Below, in pieces: positions 39,841 to 53,840 of a DNA stretch of 64,000 bases (positions are counted from its first letter, which is position 1; each line of letters begins with the position of its first letter). The notes under the pieces were generated by a model that did no database searches, was not told the origin of the DNA, and saw only the letters and a program-made list of their open reading frames with translations. Both the position numbers and the translations under genes were made by a program. Source of the DNA: the human T2T-CHM13v2.0 reference genome, Homo sapiens; the NCBI RefSeq assembly GCF_009914755.1, contig NC_060929.1. One strand, given 5' to 3'.

Positions 39841-41249
39841 CTCCAACAGGTTTGAATCTTCAGTAGGAATTTGGTATTGGTTAAGTGGTAGACCGCTACT
39901 CCCTGGGACATACTGTAATCTGAAGATGAGGTCTGTAGGAGGCATTTCCTAGAGTTAACCTTGGTTTTAATTCTTCAGTATGCCAAGAAAACTGAATGCT
40001 GGATTCTGGATAGATAGCTTGTAATGGGCCAGCAGATTTTCTTTGTATAGTAAACGTGGGACCTTTACATATTTAGGATGCCCCCATTTGGGGAAAAAAT
40101 GTGCACATAAAAGAAGGCCCTTTGATTTCAGTTGAAGGGCAAGCCATCTGGCCCTCTTTTTGTGCAGTAATCAGGCTAATAGTGCTAGTGGCTTTGTTGG
40201 AGAAAGCATAGAATGGTACTTTAAATCTGTTCAAGGCCCTATTTTTAGAGTCTGGCAGCACAGGAATGAAGTGTTTATTTCATGTTTAATGCAACCTTCC
40301 ACTTCAAACTAGAAACGTTTCTTTTCCTCTACTGAGTTTCTATCAAGTCTCCCAAGAAACACTGCCAGCTTTGCATATCCCTATCCTCTAAGATGATTAA
40401 CTGTTTAAAATTGAAAAGCCTTGAAAATGCAAATCCTGCCACAGGCTCCTCGTGGGGTAAAAAGACAACTCAAATAAAATGTTTCCAGATGGTTTAGGCA
40501 TTATGTTCTTTATATCCTCAAAGCAAGGGAGAGATCCTAAGCTGGACGAGTCGGTAAAGAGTCATATTGAGGAATATTTAGCAGCTTCTTTTTCAGAAGC
40601 TGAAGAAGGCCACTGCATAGTTCCTGGAGTGGCATACATTAGTGAGATTCTATTAAGCAGCTGTTCGGCTCTAGTAAGAGCTGCCTCAGTAGAAGGGTAG
40701 GATGGCTTATGTAGTCTTGTTTTTTAATCATTGTACATTTGTAATCTATTTTGCAATCTCAAAACATTTTCTTAACCTGACAGTTTAGCATTTGAGAGCA
40801 GCTGTATCTGCTAATCCAAATCAATAGATCTTATGGTATGAGGAGTGCAGTTATAGCTTTATTAGTAATACTGAATTTTTACAGAAAGAACTGTCAGATT
40901 TCTTATCATAGTATACACTACCTGGAGTAATTTTTTTCCCCTGAGCAATTTAGTTACTTGTTTTTCTGACAGTCACTTAAAGTATATCCTCCACCTTTTA
41001 AAGAGAGACGTTCAAGTTACTGCTTATTTCTAACTTGCAGTCACAAAATCCATAAAAATTTGGTTGCTTCAAAATAGAATGAGAGAGGAGTATGGATTTT
41101 GAGCAGGTGTCAGGCTGTTTATTTGGTTTCCCCCATTTTGTGCAAGGCATTTCATCATCTAGGCCACCTTAATGCCAAGGTACACTTGTCATCTGTTGAA
41201 TACACACATTTAGTATTTAAATAGCAATTTGCATTTTCAAAGTGTTTTG

Positions 41250-41420
41250 TCTACTATTAATTAGCATTTCTTCGCAGCATACCTGTGAGATGGGTCAATA
41301 TCACCATTTTACAGATCAGAAAAGTGGAATGACAAAGGCTGAGTGATTTGAATGAAGGACTATAACAAGTCAAAGGCAGCCAAGGATGGATTTGTGGCAC
41401 CAGCCTGGGAGTTCAAACAT
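41250..41420 (-). mobile_element. MIR fragment
   Basis: cctgtgagatgggtcaatatcaccattttacagatcagaaaagtgga. Confidence 0.6.
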
Positions 41421-42079
41421 ATCATGCTCTCTGAGCATCAACACCCTTCCACTCAGTGCTCAAAGAGGGCTTAATATTAGTAAAGACATAGATGGTTTTG
41501 CTTAAGCAGCAGATAAACAAATTACTGGGGTTTAATTGATTAATACATGGACTAGATTGACTATGGGCAAGCAAGCTACATCTTACAGACAGCTACTGGC
41601 TGAAACCATAGGATCAGGCTTTTTGACACCCATCTCTATGACAACAGTATGGAAACTTTTTTAACAGCAAGAAAACACTTTTTATTGAATATCTATTCTG
41701 TGTGAAGACTCTCTTAGAATCTACAAATATCATTGTTATGGCAGCTGTAAGGATATACTGTCATTCCTAATTTGTAGATTAAGAAACTGGGGTTAAATTC
41801 CTTTTCTAAATCACTTGGCTGGTTTGAGGTGAGGCTTTGATTCAAACACAAGTTTACGAACTACTTACTTGTGGTCCCCAAATGTGCACATGTTGAGGTT
41901 AAGTATCAGTCTGGACCAGAGAGCCACACAGAGTTGACTTCTCTCTCCCATTGTTATCAATGACTCAGGTAAATTTACAGACAGCAAGCACATCATGTTT
42001 TAAAACCTGTGAAGATTAATAGAATAAATGTTAGTTAAGGGAATAATGATCTACTGTATTTTTAAAAGGCCAAAACAAT

Positions 42080-42450
42080 GAGCCAAATCTGGTGCTCAGA
42101 TACTCAGGCCATACCTGGAGTGCTGTTATGTGTTTACTTTTGGTTATTATACCTTAATAGGACTGCAATTCAGTAGAAACATATTTAAAGGAGAGAGACT
42201 AGGGTGCTAATAGGAACTATTTAGGCTGCATAGCAGCAGACCTAAGTGACCCAAGCTATCTATAACATGAAGACATGTCATATGGAAGAAGGAATAAAAC
42301 CTGAGTTTGGCAATGTTAGATGTTAGAATTAATACCAGTCGCTAAGATTTAAAGGACCAAAGATTTTCGTTTAGTAGAGAAAAATTTTCTATGGGTCACA
42401 TCTGTCTAAAAAAGAGTCAACCGAACAGAGAGGCACTGAATCCCAATCAT
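42080..42450 (+). mobile_element. ancient L3/CR1-like fragment
   Basis: tgtcatatggaagaaggaataaaacctg...agattttcgtttagtagagaaaaattttcta resembles the L3 3' region; heavily diverged. Confidence 0.45.
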
Positions 42451-42452
42451 CA

Positions 42453-43112
42453 TGTCACCTGAAAGGGCTCCCGATCCAGACCCCAAAAGAGGGTTCCTGG
42501 ATTTCGAGCAAGAAAGAATTCGAGGTGAATCCATAGGGTAAAGTGAAAGCAAGTTTATTTAAAAAGTAAAGAAATAAAAGAATGGCTACTCCATAGGCTG
42601 AGCAGTGGCATGCGCCACTGGTTGCCCATTTTTATGGTTATTTCTTGACTATATGCTAAACAAGGGGTGGATTATTCATGAGTTTTCCAAGAAAGGGGTG
42701 GGAAATTCCCAGAACTGAGGATTTTTCCCCTTTTTAGACCATATAGGGTAACTTCTGGATGTTGCCACGGCATCTATAAATTGCCATGGCATCTATAAGT
42801 TGTCATGGCATTTATAAATTGTCATGTGTCTTTTAGCATGCTATTGCATTATAATTGCATTTTAAAAGCAGTGGGGACGACCAGAGGTCACTCTTGTTGC
42901 CATCTTGGTTTTGATGGGTTTCGTCCAGCTTCTCTACTGCAACCTGTTTTATCAGCAAGGTCTTTGTTACATGTATGTTGTGCTGATTTCCTATCTCATC
43001 CTGTGACTTAGAATGGCTAACTCACTGGGAATGCAGTTCAGCAGGTCTCAGCCTTATTTTATCCAGCCCCTATTCAAGATGGAGTCGCTCTGGTTCACAA
43101 ACACCTCTGACA
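42453..43112 (-). mobile_element. MER41B solo LTR (ERV1)
   Basis: Reverse complement begins tgtcagaggtgtttgtgaaccagagcgactccatcttgaataggggctggataaaataaggctgagacc and ends ggggtctggatcgggagccctttcaggtgaca; 4-bp TSD atca/atca. Confidence 0.93.
42685..42714. promoter_or_regulatory. tandem GAS (STAT) motifs within MER41B
   Basis: TTCCAAGAA (42685-42693) and TTCCCAGAA (42706-42714) both fit TTCN3GAA; function not shown. Confidence 0.6.
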
Positions 43113-43621
43113 ATCAAAGTTGTCTGGCTGGTGTGGTGAGTGGCAGGAGCATGCCTTTGAAGCCAGACATGCCAGAGTTTGAATTTCAACTCTACCATTG
43201 CACTGCTCTGAATGAAGAACAATGGTAGAGGTGCTGTATCCTGTTCTTAAAGAAGCAAGTAACATCTAGCTATACCCTACGTTAAGTTTCCTAGAGTACT
43301 TCTTAGCCAACAAGTGGTACCCGGCAAATACTTAATGTCAATTTCCCAGTTTAAAGAGATCAGATAAAAGGCATTTATCATCAAATGTGGGTCTAGACAA
43401 GATGTGTTTTAAAGTGCCCAATATTATGCTCTGGACAGCCTTTGATTCTAAGTCAGGATCAGCCATTAGTCAAGGGAGAATGAATTTTCTAAGTGGTGAC
43501 CTTTTATAAAGGAAAGTATGGGTGAGCTGAAAACTTATTCTAGAGTTTTTGCAGCAAGTTTCTGAAAAGCATTACTTAAGTATGAACAGACAAAAAGAAA
43601 GTTGTCATCAAGGGAATTTCC

Positions 43622-43937
43622 ATTTTTTTTATTTGTTTGTTTATTTATTTATTTTAGAGACAGGATCTCCATCTGTTGGCCAAGCTGGAGTGCAGTGCTA
43701 TGATCACAGCTCACTGCAGCCTCGACCTCCTAGGGCTCAGGCGATCTTTTCACTTCAGCCTCCCAAGTAGCTGGAACTGCAGGCATGTGCTACCACGTCC
43801 TGCTAATTTTTCTATTTTTTGTAGAGACGCAGTTTCACCATGTTGCCCAGTCTGTCTCGAACTGCTGAGTGCAAGCGATCTGCCTGCCTCAGCCTCCCAA
43901 AGTGCTGGGATTACAGGCGTGAACCATGGCACCAAGC
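43622..43937 (-). mobile_element. AluJ
   Basis: gatcacagctcactgcagcctcgacctcctagggctcaggcgatc, a J-type diagnostic. Confidence 0.92.
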
Positions 43938-44000
43938 AGAATTTTGGTTTACTAAAAAACATTAAAACATTTATTTCTTAATTCTGCATTAAGATTTGTC

Positions 44001-44361
<361 letters not shown>

Positions 44362-45708
44362 TAAATTTAGTTTTAAGCACTTTTCTTTTACTTATTGTGC
44401 AGCCTCTTCTTACTGCTTTTTTTCATTTTTCCAATTGAGGCTGTATAAATAAGTGAAGTAAAAGTTTGAATGCAATATCTAGTCGTTGCATTTTCTCTGT
44501 AATATGCAAATTAAGTCTAATACCTTTAAGCAAATTAGCATATATCAATTATTCTTATCTTAGATACACATGACTAGAGGTATGATTGGTGAGATTAGGA
44601 TATTGGTAATAATTTAAAGGGCAAGAGCAAGGATCAGCATCAGTGATCACTGTAAATTAGCCAAGAAATGCATCCAAGGCAATCAGTTACTGACAGTACT
44701 TACCATGGAACAGTTTCTTGGTAGAAGTGCATACCTAATGTGACAAAGAATATTTCTAACTAAAAATCCCTAATAGTAGCATTTTTTTTTGAAGAAAATC
44801 AAAGGCAACACAGTGGTTTGAATGGAGTTTGAAGGTGTCACCCAGGTTACAAAAAAAGAAAGCATATGTTACTGGAGATACTCTGTTTTGAGACTGTTAG
44901 CACGATTTAAAGATTATTCCATCTGAGAAGACGATTTCTGTCAAATTTTGCATTCCAGTTTGGATCTAAATCTGGAGCAGATTGAGTATTTGCATTCTAT
45001 TTTTATTCATAGAAAGATTATGTAAATTGGAACCACAGATTTACCCATTTCAACCAAGCGGAGTTAAATTGAGAACAAGCAAGTTCCTTGTCCATCTGAC
45101 TCCCAATACTTGCCTTACTTAGAAATCATAACATAGGAAGCTTCTCATCTCCTCACTACCAAATCCTCAGTCCTGCTTTCCTCCTTGCCCACTATCTTTT
45201 CAATCCCCCTTACTATAACATGGGATGGCCCTTTCTCCTATCAAAGGCCCATTCATTTTCTGATGCTTTGGACCTCATTTCTTTCTCAGAGACCTATCTC
45301 CTTCCCTTTTTAAATCCATCCCTTTGCCCATTACTTCTTTATTTCCTTTGAAATCCACTAAACAGTTTACTGAGCACCTACTCTGTGCTTTCCTGGTGTC
45401 CTCGGCATTTGGAGATGCTTTCTGCATCAGAGCCAAAGAATTTTGATTCTTTTATTCTCACAGAGGGGAAGAGTCTTTCTCCCCAATTAAATGCAATGTC
45501 CTAACATTAGCCAGAAGGGACCTATGCTGCTTTCAACTCTTTGCCTAACTCTAGGTTTAGGACAGTTCTAATTTAGATGGTGTTACCTACTTGCCAAATG
45601 AGGGTTCAGTGGAGGATGAGGGGTGTGTGACCAGTAAAGGGGTTTCACTACAACTACAGATAATCCTTTGGAGGGAATACCAGGGAACGGCTCCAGAAAG
45701 TGATGTAA

Positions 45709-46046
<338 letters not shown>

Positions 46047-46598
46047 ATAGGTAATTGTTTTAATAGCACTTGTTGAATGATTAATCCTTTGACCACTTAT
46101 TAGAAATGTTACCTTTTAATTTTTTAAACTTCTGGAATGTGTAGTGCTCTTTCTGGATTGTTCGTTCTATTCTACTGATCTATTTATCTATCCTAGTACT
46201 ATTACCACTCCCTTACATTACTCAAATAAATTGGATGTCCTTCTTTTCAAGATTTTTTTACCAGTTTTGTGCAAACACCATAAGTTTTATGAAAAGCCTA
46301 TCAAGTTCTAAAGTTTTAAAGGTTAATATACTTTCTGGAATTGCATTCTATTTAAAAAGGGATTATGTTTAGTTAATGTAGACATTAACTTTAAGGAATT
46401 ATATTCTCATTCAGAATTGTGGTTACATTTTGCAATTTATTCAGAGTTTGCTCTTATGTTAGCATAGCTATTTTACAAGGTATATCAGTCAGTCCTACAA
46501 CCATTATAAACTTGTTATAATAAAGAATGTTTATTCTATCTTATCACTACTTTAATGTTTGACTTCTTCACTTCAAAAATAGTTGAAAACTTAGAACT

Positions 46599-46924
46599 GG
46601 CCAGGTACAGTGGGTCACACCTGTAATCCTAGCACTCTGGGAGGCTGAGGCTGGTGGATTGCTTGAGTCCAAGAGTTCGAGACTAGCCTGGGAAACATAG
46701 TGAAACCCTGTCTCTACTGAAAATATAAAAAATTAGTCAGATGTGGTGGTGTGCACCTGTAATTCAAGCTACTAGGGAGGCTGAGGTGGGAGAATCACCT
46801 GAGCCTGGGAGTTTGAGGCTGCAGTGAGCCAAGATTGTGCCATTTCACTGCAGCCTGGGCAACCAGAGTGAGACCCTGTCTCAAAAAAAAAAAAAAAAAA
46901 AAGAAAGAAAGAAAGAAAGAAAAA
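46599..46924 (+). mobile_element. Alu (Jb-like) with an A/(GAAA)n tail
   Basis: Dimeric Alu, gaggctgcagtgagcc; imperfect TSD gaaaacttagaact / aaaagttaagact. Confidence 0.92.
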
Positions 46925-47371
46925 GTTAAGACTATCCTTGTATAGTGTTTTAATTTAATTATTTGGTCAATTAATTTTACCCCTCAATAAACCGTTTACC
47001 TATTGACATTTTTGTGATATAAAAAAGTCATTCCTCGATTTGTTGGAATATTTATTTTAAAAATGTACACTTAACCAGAGATCCATTTGTGTCTACTGCA
47101 CATTTAAATAATGTATGATATATAAATATATTTTAATGTTTTCACATAACTGTCCTCTTTTGACCTTCATACAAGCATTGTACATTTGAAAAAGCAATGA
47201 TTTTTCTCCCCATTTAAAAAAATGAGAAGACTGACATAGACAAATAGTGTGCTTTGCCCACTATCACAAAGCTGGTCAATGGACTCTCAGTACAATGACC
47301 TTCCTTATGAAATCAGCTGCTTCCTAATATTCCTTTCTGTAAAGCCATACAGCAAACTCCCTAGATTCCTA

Positions 47372-47558
<187 letters not shown>

Positions 47559-49499
47559 AAAAAATGTTATTTCTCATTATGCTCTCTCCAACTAGAAGCA
47601 TTGGAGCAGAACTGTGAGGAAGGACACCCTAAGAAGTGAATCTTGAAGGATGGTAGAAAGGCCACATACCAATTGTACTGTGGCTGGCACAATGCAAATG
47701 GAATAAATTACATAGCCGCAATCAACTCAGATCTAAACTCAGGTGATGTGAATGTAGCAATATTGTGCTTTCTCTGTGTAATTGCAATTACCTCCAAGTT
47801 TATTTGTCACCAAACAAGCACTTTTTCAATCAGTGCAACTTGTGCAAATCAGCACTCTGGGATGTGAATGATTTAATTCACTCATCATGCACTTCGTGAT
47901 GCCCAGCCCTACCCCACCCATGAAGAAAATAAATAAAGTTTAAGGAGAGATTACATGGAAAGCAGACATGTGGGGCACAAAAGTAATGTCTAAGTTAGTT
48001 ATCATTCTTAAAAAAAGTTAAACATGAGAAGAGTAGAATAAAGCTATTAGTGAGATACATAGTTTTATTTAACAAAAGAAACACAGTATTGATTAAAATA
48101 AGAATGAAATGAAACATATTTTATTAACCAAGAATAAAGCACATTTTATTCTTGGTTAATTTTCCTTCTTTTTAGAGAAATTAATAGACATATATATAGT
48201 AATTGTTTGTTTTGGCAAAGAAGACATTTAAGCAGAAAGAGGATGCCTTCACATTTCATTTCTTTACACAAATGACATATGCCAGACCCATGGAATTCAC
48301 TCCCAACTATTAATGACACTTTCCCTTCAACTTCTGGACCTTTCTTAACTTGAGGTTTCAAAGAGTTGCTCCCATTTCTTCTAAATTATTCTCTGAGGAA
48401 AAAAAAATCTATTTTTCTCGAGAAAACCTATTTTTTCTTCCTCATTAAAAGTATGGTCATTTATTAAATTTTGCCATACTGAATTATCTCAATACTAATC
48501 ACAGTGAGTGAAATGAAAAAATTGTTATTACCTTTGCCAAAATAAACTTAACAGTTTAACTGTGGATGGGGGAGGATTGAAAATAATAACTAAGCTAGCT
48601 AACTAACATATAAATGTCTAATTGATAGAGGAATAAATTAGAAAGTAAAGCATTATAGTAAACACCAAACTATGTGATATATTGAGCTCTGTGATACCTT
48701 GCAAAGAAGAGTCAGGGTGTCCTGGAGTTGACAGAGGATGCATCTATATGATAGGCATCTAGCAAGATTTAAGGAATGAGTAGCATTCAGATTAACAGAG
48801 CTATGCAAGAAGGTGAAAACTCAGGTGATAACAGCGATTTTTCCCATTTGACAGAATTTTCTCTTCAAGTGAACGACTACTTGGAAACCTAATATGTAAC
48901 AGCTTAAAGCAGAACTGCCGTGATTGAAGGGAGGAGAAAAATGGGCTCCAGAGCCCTGTTAATATGTCCTTCTGGTTTTTCCTGGGCCTCTCTCTGATTT
49001 AGAATGTTAAAAACTCTCTATCTGTATTTCATTTGATCTATATCTTCCTTGAGGATTAATATCGATGCCCTATAATAAAGATACTTGTAATAATTCAAAC
49101 TTGAGCCAGGGTCCAGGTAATAAGAGGGGAAGAAACAACAGGATAATTAGGGAGCAGTTGTAAAAAAGAAATAAAATTGATTGACTAGGACGCGGGAAGA
49201 GGAAGAAAGGAGGAGTCTACAACATTGTAGGAGTAAGAAGTCTATATATCAGGAAGGAAAACAGTTGTACAAGGTAGAGAATTGAGATGTCAGGAGAGGA
49301 AACTATATTTGTTTCTTTGTTTTAGTATATATATGTTTTATTCAATTTCATTTCCCCCTCTTTCAATATATCACTGTATTGAGATGGCTCTAAAGTAGGA
49401 ACATAAAGACCAGATTTATTCTGGTTGGATCCATAAGACTCCATCTTTTCTGAAAATCTAGAATCCATTCATAGGCATGTGATGTGCATTGAGTCTCTC

Positions 49500-50190
49500 T
49501 TCTCAGACAGCTCTGCCCTGCACCATTTACAGGATGTCAGGCACTGGAGATAGAATGGTGAAAAAAAGACACAGTCCTATCCTTCAGAAAATTCCCGAGT
49601 TTGTTAAGAAGCCAGATGTATCTAGATCAATAAACAAATGTAAAATTATAATTTGATTAAATAGTGAGGAAAAAATGGCACCTAGTACCAGGAGACATAT
49701 ACCAGTCCTGATTTAGTCAGAGAAAGTGTCCATGAGGTAGCTGAGTAAGAGTTAAATAGGAAAAGAAATGGTATTGACAGATGGGAGAACACCCTAAGTA
49801 GAAAAAAAAGACATATGCAAAGGCACTAGGAGAGAAAGAAGCCAGTATTGGTGGAGTATAGAGGGTGAAAGGTAGCAGAGAAAGCTGGAGAGGAATGCAA
49901 GGACCAGACCATAAGAGCTTTTTATTCTACAGTCATCTATTCCATGGTCAGTGGATGGCATTGACAGAAGGGAGAGTCATATGATTACATCCCGTCTTGG
50001 AAAGATGCCTCATGTTGCATCATGGAGAACTGATTGGAGAGTGGCCAGATGAGATGTAGGCAGACCGGTAGCTATTGCAGACAAAGTTCTTGGGATTTTG
50101 GACCAGGATGGTTGCCCAGAAGATATGAAGAAGAGAAGCAAGATTCAAGAGATCGGTAAAATAGATTGGAATTAGTAATGAGGCTTAAAG
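49500..50190 (-). mobile_element. L2 fragments
   Basis: gtcaggcactggagatagaatggtgaaaaaaagacacagtcctatccttc...catatgcaaaggcactagg...ggtagctattgcagac. Confidence 0.7.
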
Positions 50191-51814
50191 GAGAGCAATG
50201 ATATAATAATGATTTATAATGATATATTAGGGCTAACTCTTGACATGACATCATTATTGCAAAATCACTTTCCCAATTTGTCTTTTAATTTTATCTTTGT
50301 TGCTTTTGATATAGGAAGCTTTTAATGTTAATGTACTATTAAAATCCATTATCGTGTCCTTTATTTTCTTGTTTATAGTTTTGTTTTTGCTTTAAAAGAA
50401 CTTCTCCATGTTTAGAAAAGGTAAATATTTACCTACATTCTTTTCCCATTAGTTTATGGTATTTTTTTTTCTTATAGGAGAGGGTCCGAGTAGGATTTAG
50501 ATCTTTTATATATTTGAGATACATGCACATATCTATGTGCACACATATATCTGAACACATATACAGGTATATATGTATATGTATTTACTGTATTTAGTGT
50601 AAGATATGAGGTAGGTATGGATCTAAATTTATTTTTTCCTTATAAATGGCTAAGGGCCCTATAAATCATATATGAAATATGATTCTGAGTCATTTGCCTT
50701 TTTGTGAAATATTTTCTCAATGAATATGCCATTGAGATTAGCCATACAATATATAAAGAATTGGAGATGGTATTCACGTGAATATTTTGATTACACTGAT
50801 CTGTTTTAAACAATTCTGTAAACAGTATGTAAAATAAATTTAAATGTCCATTAGTATTAGGAGCAATAGTAGTGAAAACAGAGCCATGAAAACAAATCCA
50901 AAACCTAGTGAGATTTGGAGTGTTTAGCTTTGCTTCTTTATAAAATATAGTTATTTAGCTCATTGATTGTACTAATTATAGTTTTATTCCTCAAATCTCA
51001 GCAGTTTTGCCTTAGCATCTTATATCTGCTTTATAGAATTAAAAATAATTCATTTATTTTATTTTATCTGTTCAGAGAGAAAAATTTTAAAACTCCATTT
51101 AAACCATTTTAAAAGATAACTGTGCAGACTTGAAACCCAAATTGTTCTTTACTCTTTTACCAAAGCTATTATGGTGACAGTGAGTCACTAGGACACTTAC
51201 TGGGTCTCATGAAATCATTTTATTAAACTTACCCTTTTCCGTTATGTAAATTACTCTTTTTGTGGTGACAACTTTATACATAAGAAAGAAAGGTAAGTTA
51301 TACTTAGTCTCCAGTAAGGATATATCAATGTAATTAGATCAAAGTGACTCAAGTCCTTGTATCTTCATTTCCGGAAAACTTGACTTTAAAAAGATTAGGC
51401 TTTACTTGATTTTTGTTAGCACTATCTTATAAATACCTACTTGTTATTTAGCACTGTGATTACCATCCATTCCCACAGCAGTGTTGTGCCCATGCAGAAG
51501 TCCACAGCACTATAATTAGGATATTTTTTCCTAAGAAAAATATTATAATAGACATCTTGCCATGCTTATGTTATTTTAATTGGATGTTTAGCTCTAGGGA
51601 TCTTCATAATTTATCATAAAGCTTTAATGTTAATAAAATCAGCTGGAAGGAAACACTACTAATCTCCTTGATTGCACCACAAGGAGTAGGATCTTAATTT
51701 GAGCCTTTCCTTCTTTTTTTAAGCTAATGGAGAAAGAGTTTTAAGTGGATCATGGGATCTAAGCAATGTAACACAATGCTTCATTAAGTATTGCCCATGA
51801 TCCACATCAAAGAA

Positions 51815-52429
51815 AAATTACTAAAGGTGGAGGTAAACAGGCCAGGAAGACTTATTCAAGACTACTACAATAGGGGAGAGAGATTGAACTCAATTCCCAC
51901 TGAAACAAAAGGAAGGAGAGTTTTTTGGCTTGTTTGTTTTCCTTTTTTTTCCCCTGCTCCTTTTTTATTGTGTAAATTTAAGGTATACAACTGATGTTTT
52001 TATATACATACACAAAGCAAAGTGATTACTACCTGGAGAGTTTTTAAGTGCTGGGGTGAGCCAGTGGAAAAGTACTGGAAGACATTAGAGGGGAAGTTGG
52101 CTGGTATGATCAGGCCTTCCGTGTTTGCTAATTGGTGTTTATCAAAGTTAGGCTTCTACCCTCCCACAGAGACTAAGAGATGGAGGGCTGTCTTTGTTGA
52201 TGATTACATTTTGAAAGGATAGCTAATAGTACCTTGAGAAAGCCATTTCTAGATTGTAAAACTGGCAGGCAAGAAGCTGGAAGATTTACATCTCAATAGG
52301 GCAGAAAGGAATTTACAACTGCAAGTTTTATAAAGTAAATCTTCTAAGAAAAAGGAGATCTGGAATCTATAGTCAGGAAGAAACCTAAGTTATTTCAAGC
52401 TGAGGGAAATGTTAAGGCCATCTTGGCCA
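51815..52429 (-). mobile_element. ERV1 solo LTR, MER67-like, interrupted by a short L1MA
   Basis: Ends tttacaactgcaagttttataaagtaaatcttctaagaaaaaggagatc...atagtcaggaagaaacc...tcaagctgagggaaatgttaaggccatcttggcca; subfamily uncertain. Confidence 0.65.
51926..52034 (-). mobile_element. very short 5'-truncated L1MA 3' end
   Basis: ttttttattgtgtaaatttaaggtatacaactgatgtttttatatacatacac...gtgattactac; TSD ggagagttttt (51915-51925 / 52035-52045). Confidence 0.8.
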
Positions 52430-53689
52430 CGCATTGATGGGTATTGGATTTTACTTGATCTGGAAACTGATCTAAAAGTATAAGCCCTTTCTTACTTTAC
52501 AATATATAATACAATCTTAAAACTTTTAAGTATTATGTACAACTAAAGGTTACTCATTAGAAAACTAATAAATTAGATATTCAGGTGCAGAAGGGATGTC
52601 TTTGAAATGTGCTTTAGAGTGCAAGAGATTTCACTGTTTAAAGTTTACTAAATAATAATAATAGCAACACCTATTGAGTATTTACCCTGTGTCAGATACT
52701 AATTTATGCATGTTTCAAATAATGTAGAAAAAAATCTAGGAGCTCTCCTTTTCCTAGAAGAAAATTTAATCCAATATCAGACTGGGAATGGAAGAGCAGG
52801 TCTCAAAACCAAACCTGTGACTCCAGAAAGGGAATCCTGGCCTGGAATAGACACACATGCACACACACTGATAGAATAACAGATAAATATGCTGAAGAGG
52901 TTCTTTTTTCTTTCCTTTAAGTAGTTGAAAGGTCCCCAAAACCCAGGTCTAACTCCACCACTTTAAAATTTCCTACAGAAGCCCTAGTTTTGTGCTATTT
53001 CTTGAATGAAAGACTACCTTGTTTCCATGCAGCTGGCAAACGCCTTCATTGGGCTTTGCTGTCATTCTCATTTACTGTGGTCTCTCAGCAGCACTTCATT
53101 TATTTGTGCAGAAATTATTAATGTGATGGAGTGCAGCCTGACTTAGAATCAGTTTAGACTCCTACAGTCGTTTCACATCCCAGTGCCACAAAGCAGGAAT
53201 GATGATGGCAGTCTTCGCCCTTTCTCCCTGCTTGGATGACTGCATCAATTACGAAAATAGTAAAGAGATGGAGGACTCCCATCAGTCATGCTACAATAGT
53301 ACTGGCCTATGAGTCACTACTTAAATAAGATATAAAAGCTCTAAGATATGTGCCAAATCTTTTGCAGCACAGATGTGTAAAGTCTTAAGTTACGTTTTAT
53401 TTTTTAACTTAAAGAAACATTTAGAAGCTTGGGAAATACTGCAGAATTCTGAGAATTGTCTTTTAGACAAAGTTCTTCCAGTAAATATTTTGCTCTCTGT
53501 TTTGGTTATCAGCTAGTTTTGGAGGGCATATATTACTTTATTAAAAATTAATTATAAATATATTCTTAAATATTAGGCCTAGGCTACACTCTAGGAGCTG
53601 GTCATCTAGAAAGGCATGCTATCAAATAAAGCAGCAAGTACAATATAGAATAATTAGTACAATGAGCACTGGCCAAAATTACACAGCTG

Positions 53690-53840
53690 TCTATGAATGT
53701 GTATAGTTAGTGCTTGTCTCCGTCACTAAATAGTTAGCTCCATGAGGCCAAGGACCATTTTTGTTGTTGTTGTTGCTCTATCTATAGTAACTGATGCATT
53801 TTAGAAACTCAGGAAATATTTGTAAATGAATGAATAAATA
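53690..53840 (+). mobile_element. L2 3' end
   Basis: tgcttgtctccgtcactaaatagttagctccatgaggccaaggaccat...ctcaggaaatatttgtaaatgaatgaataaat. Confidence 0.75.
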
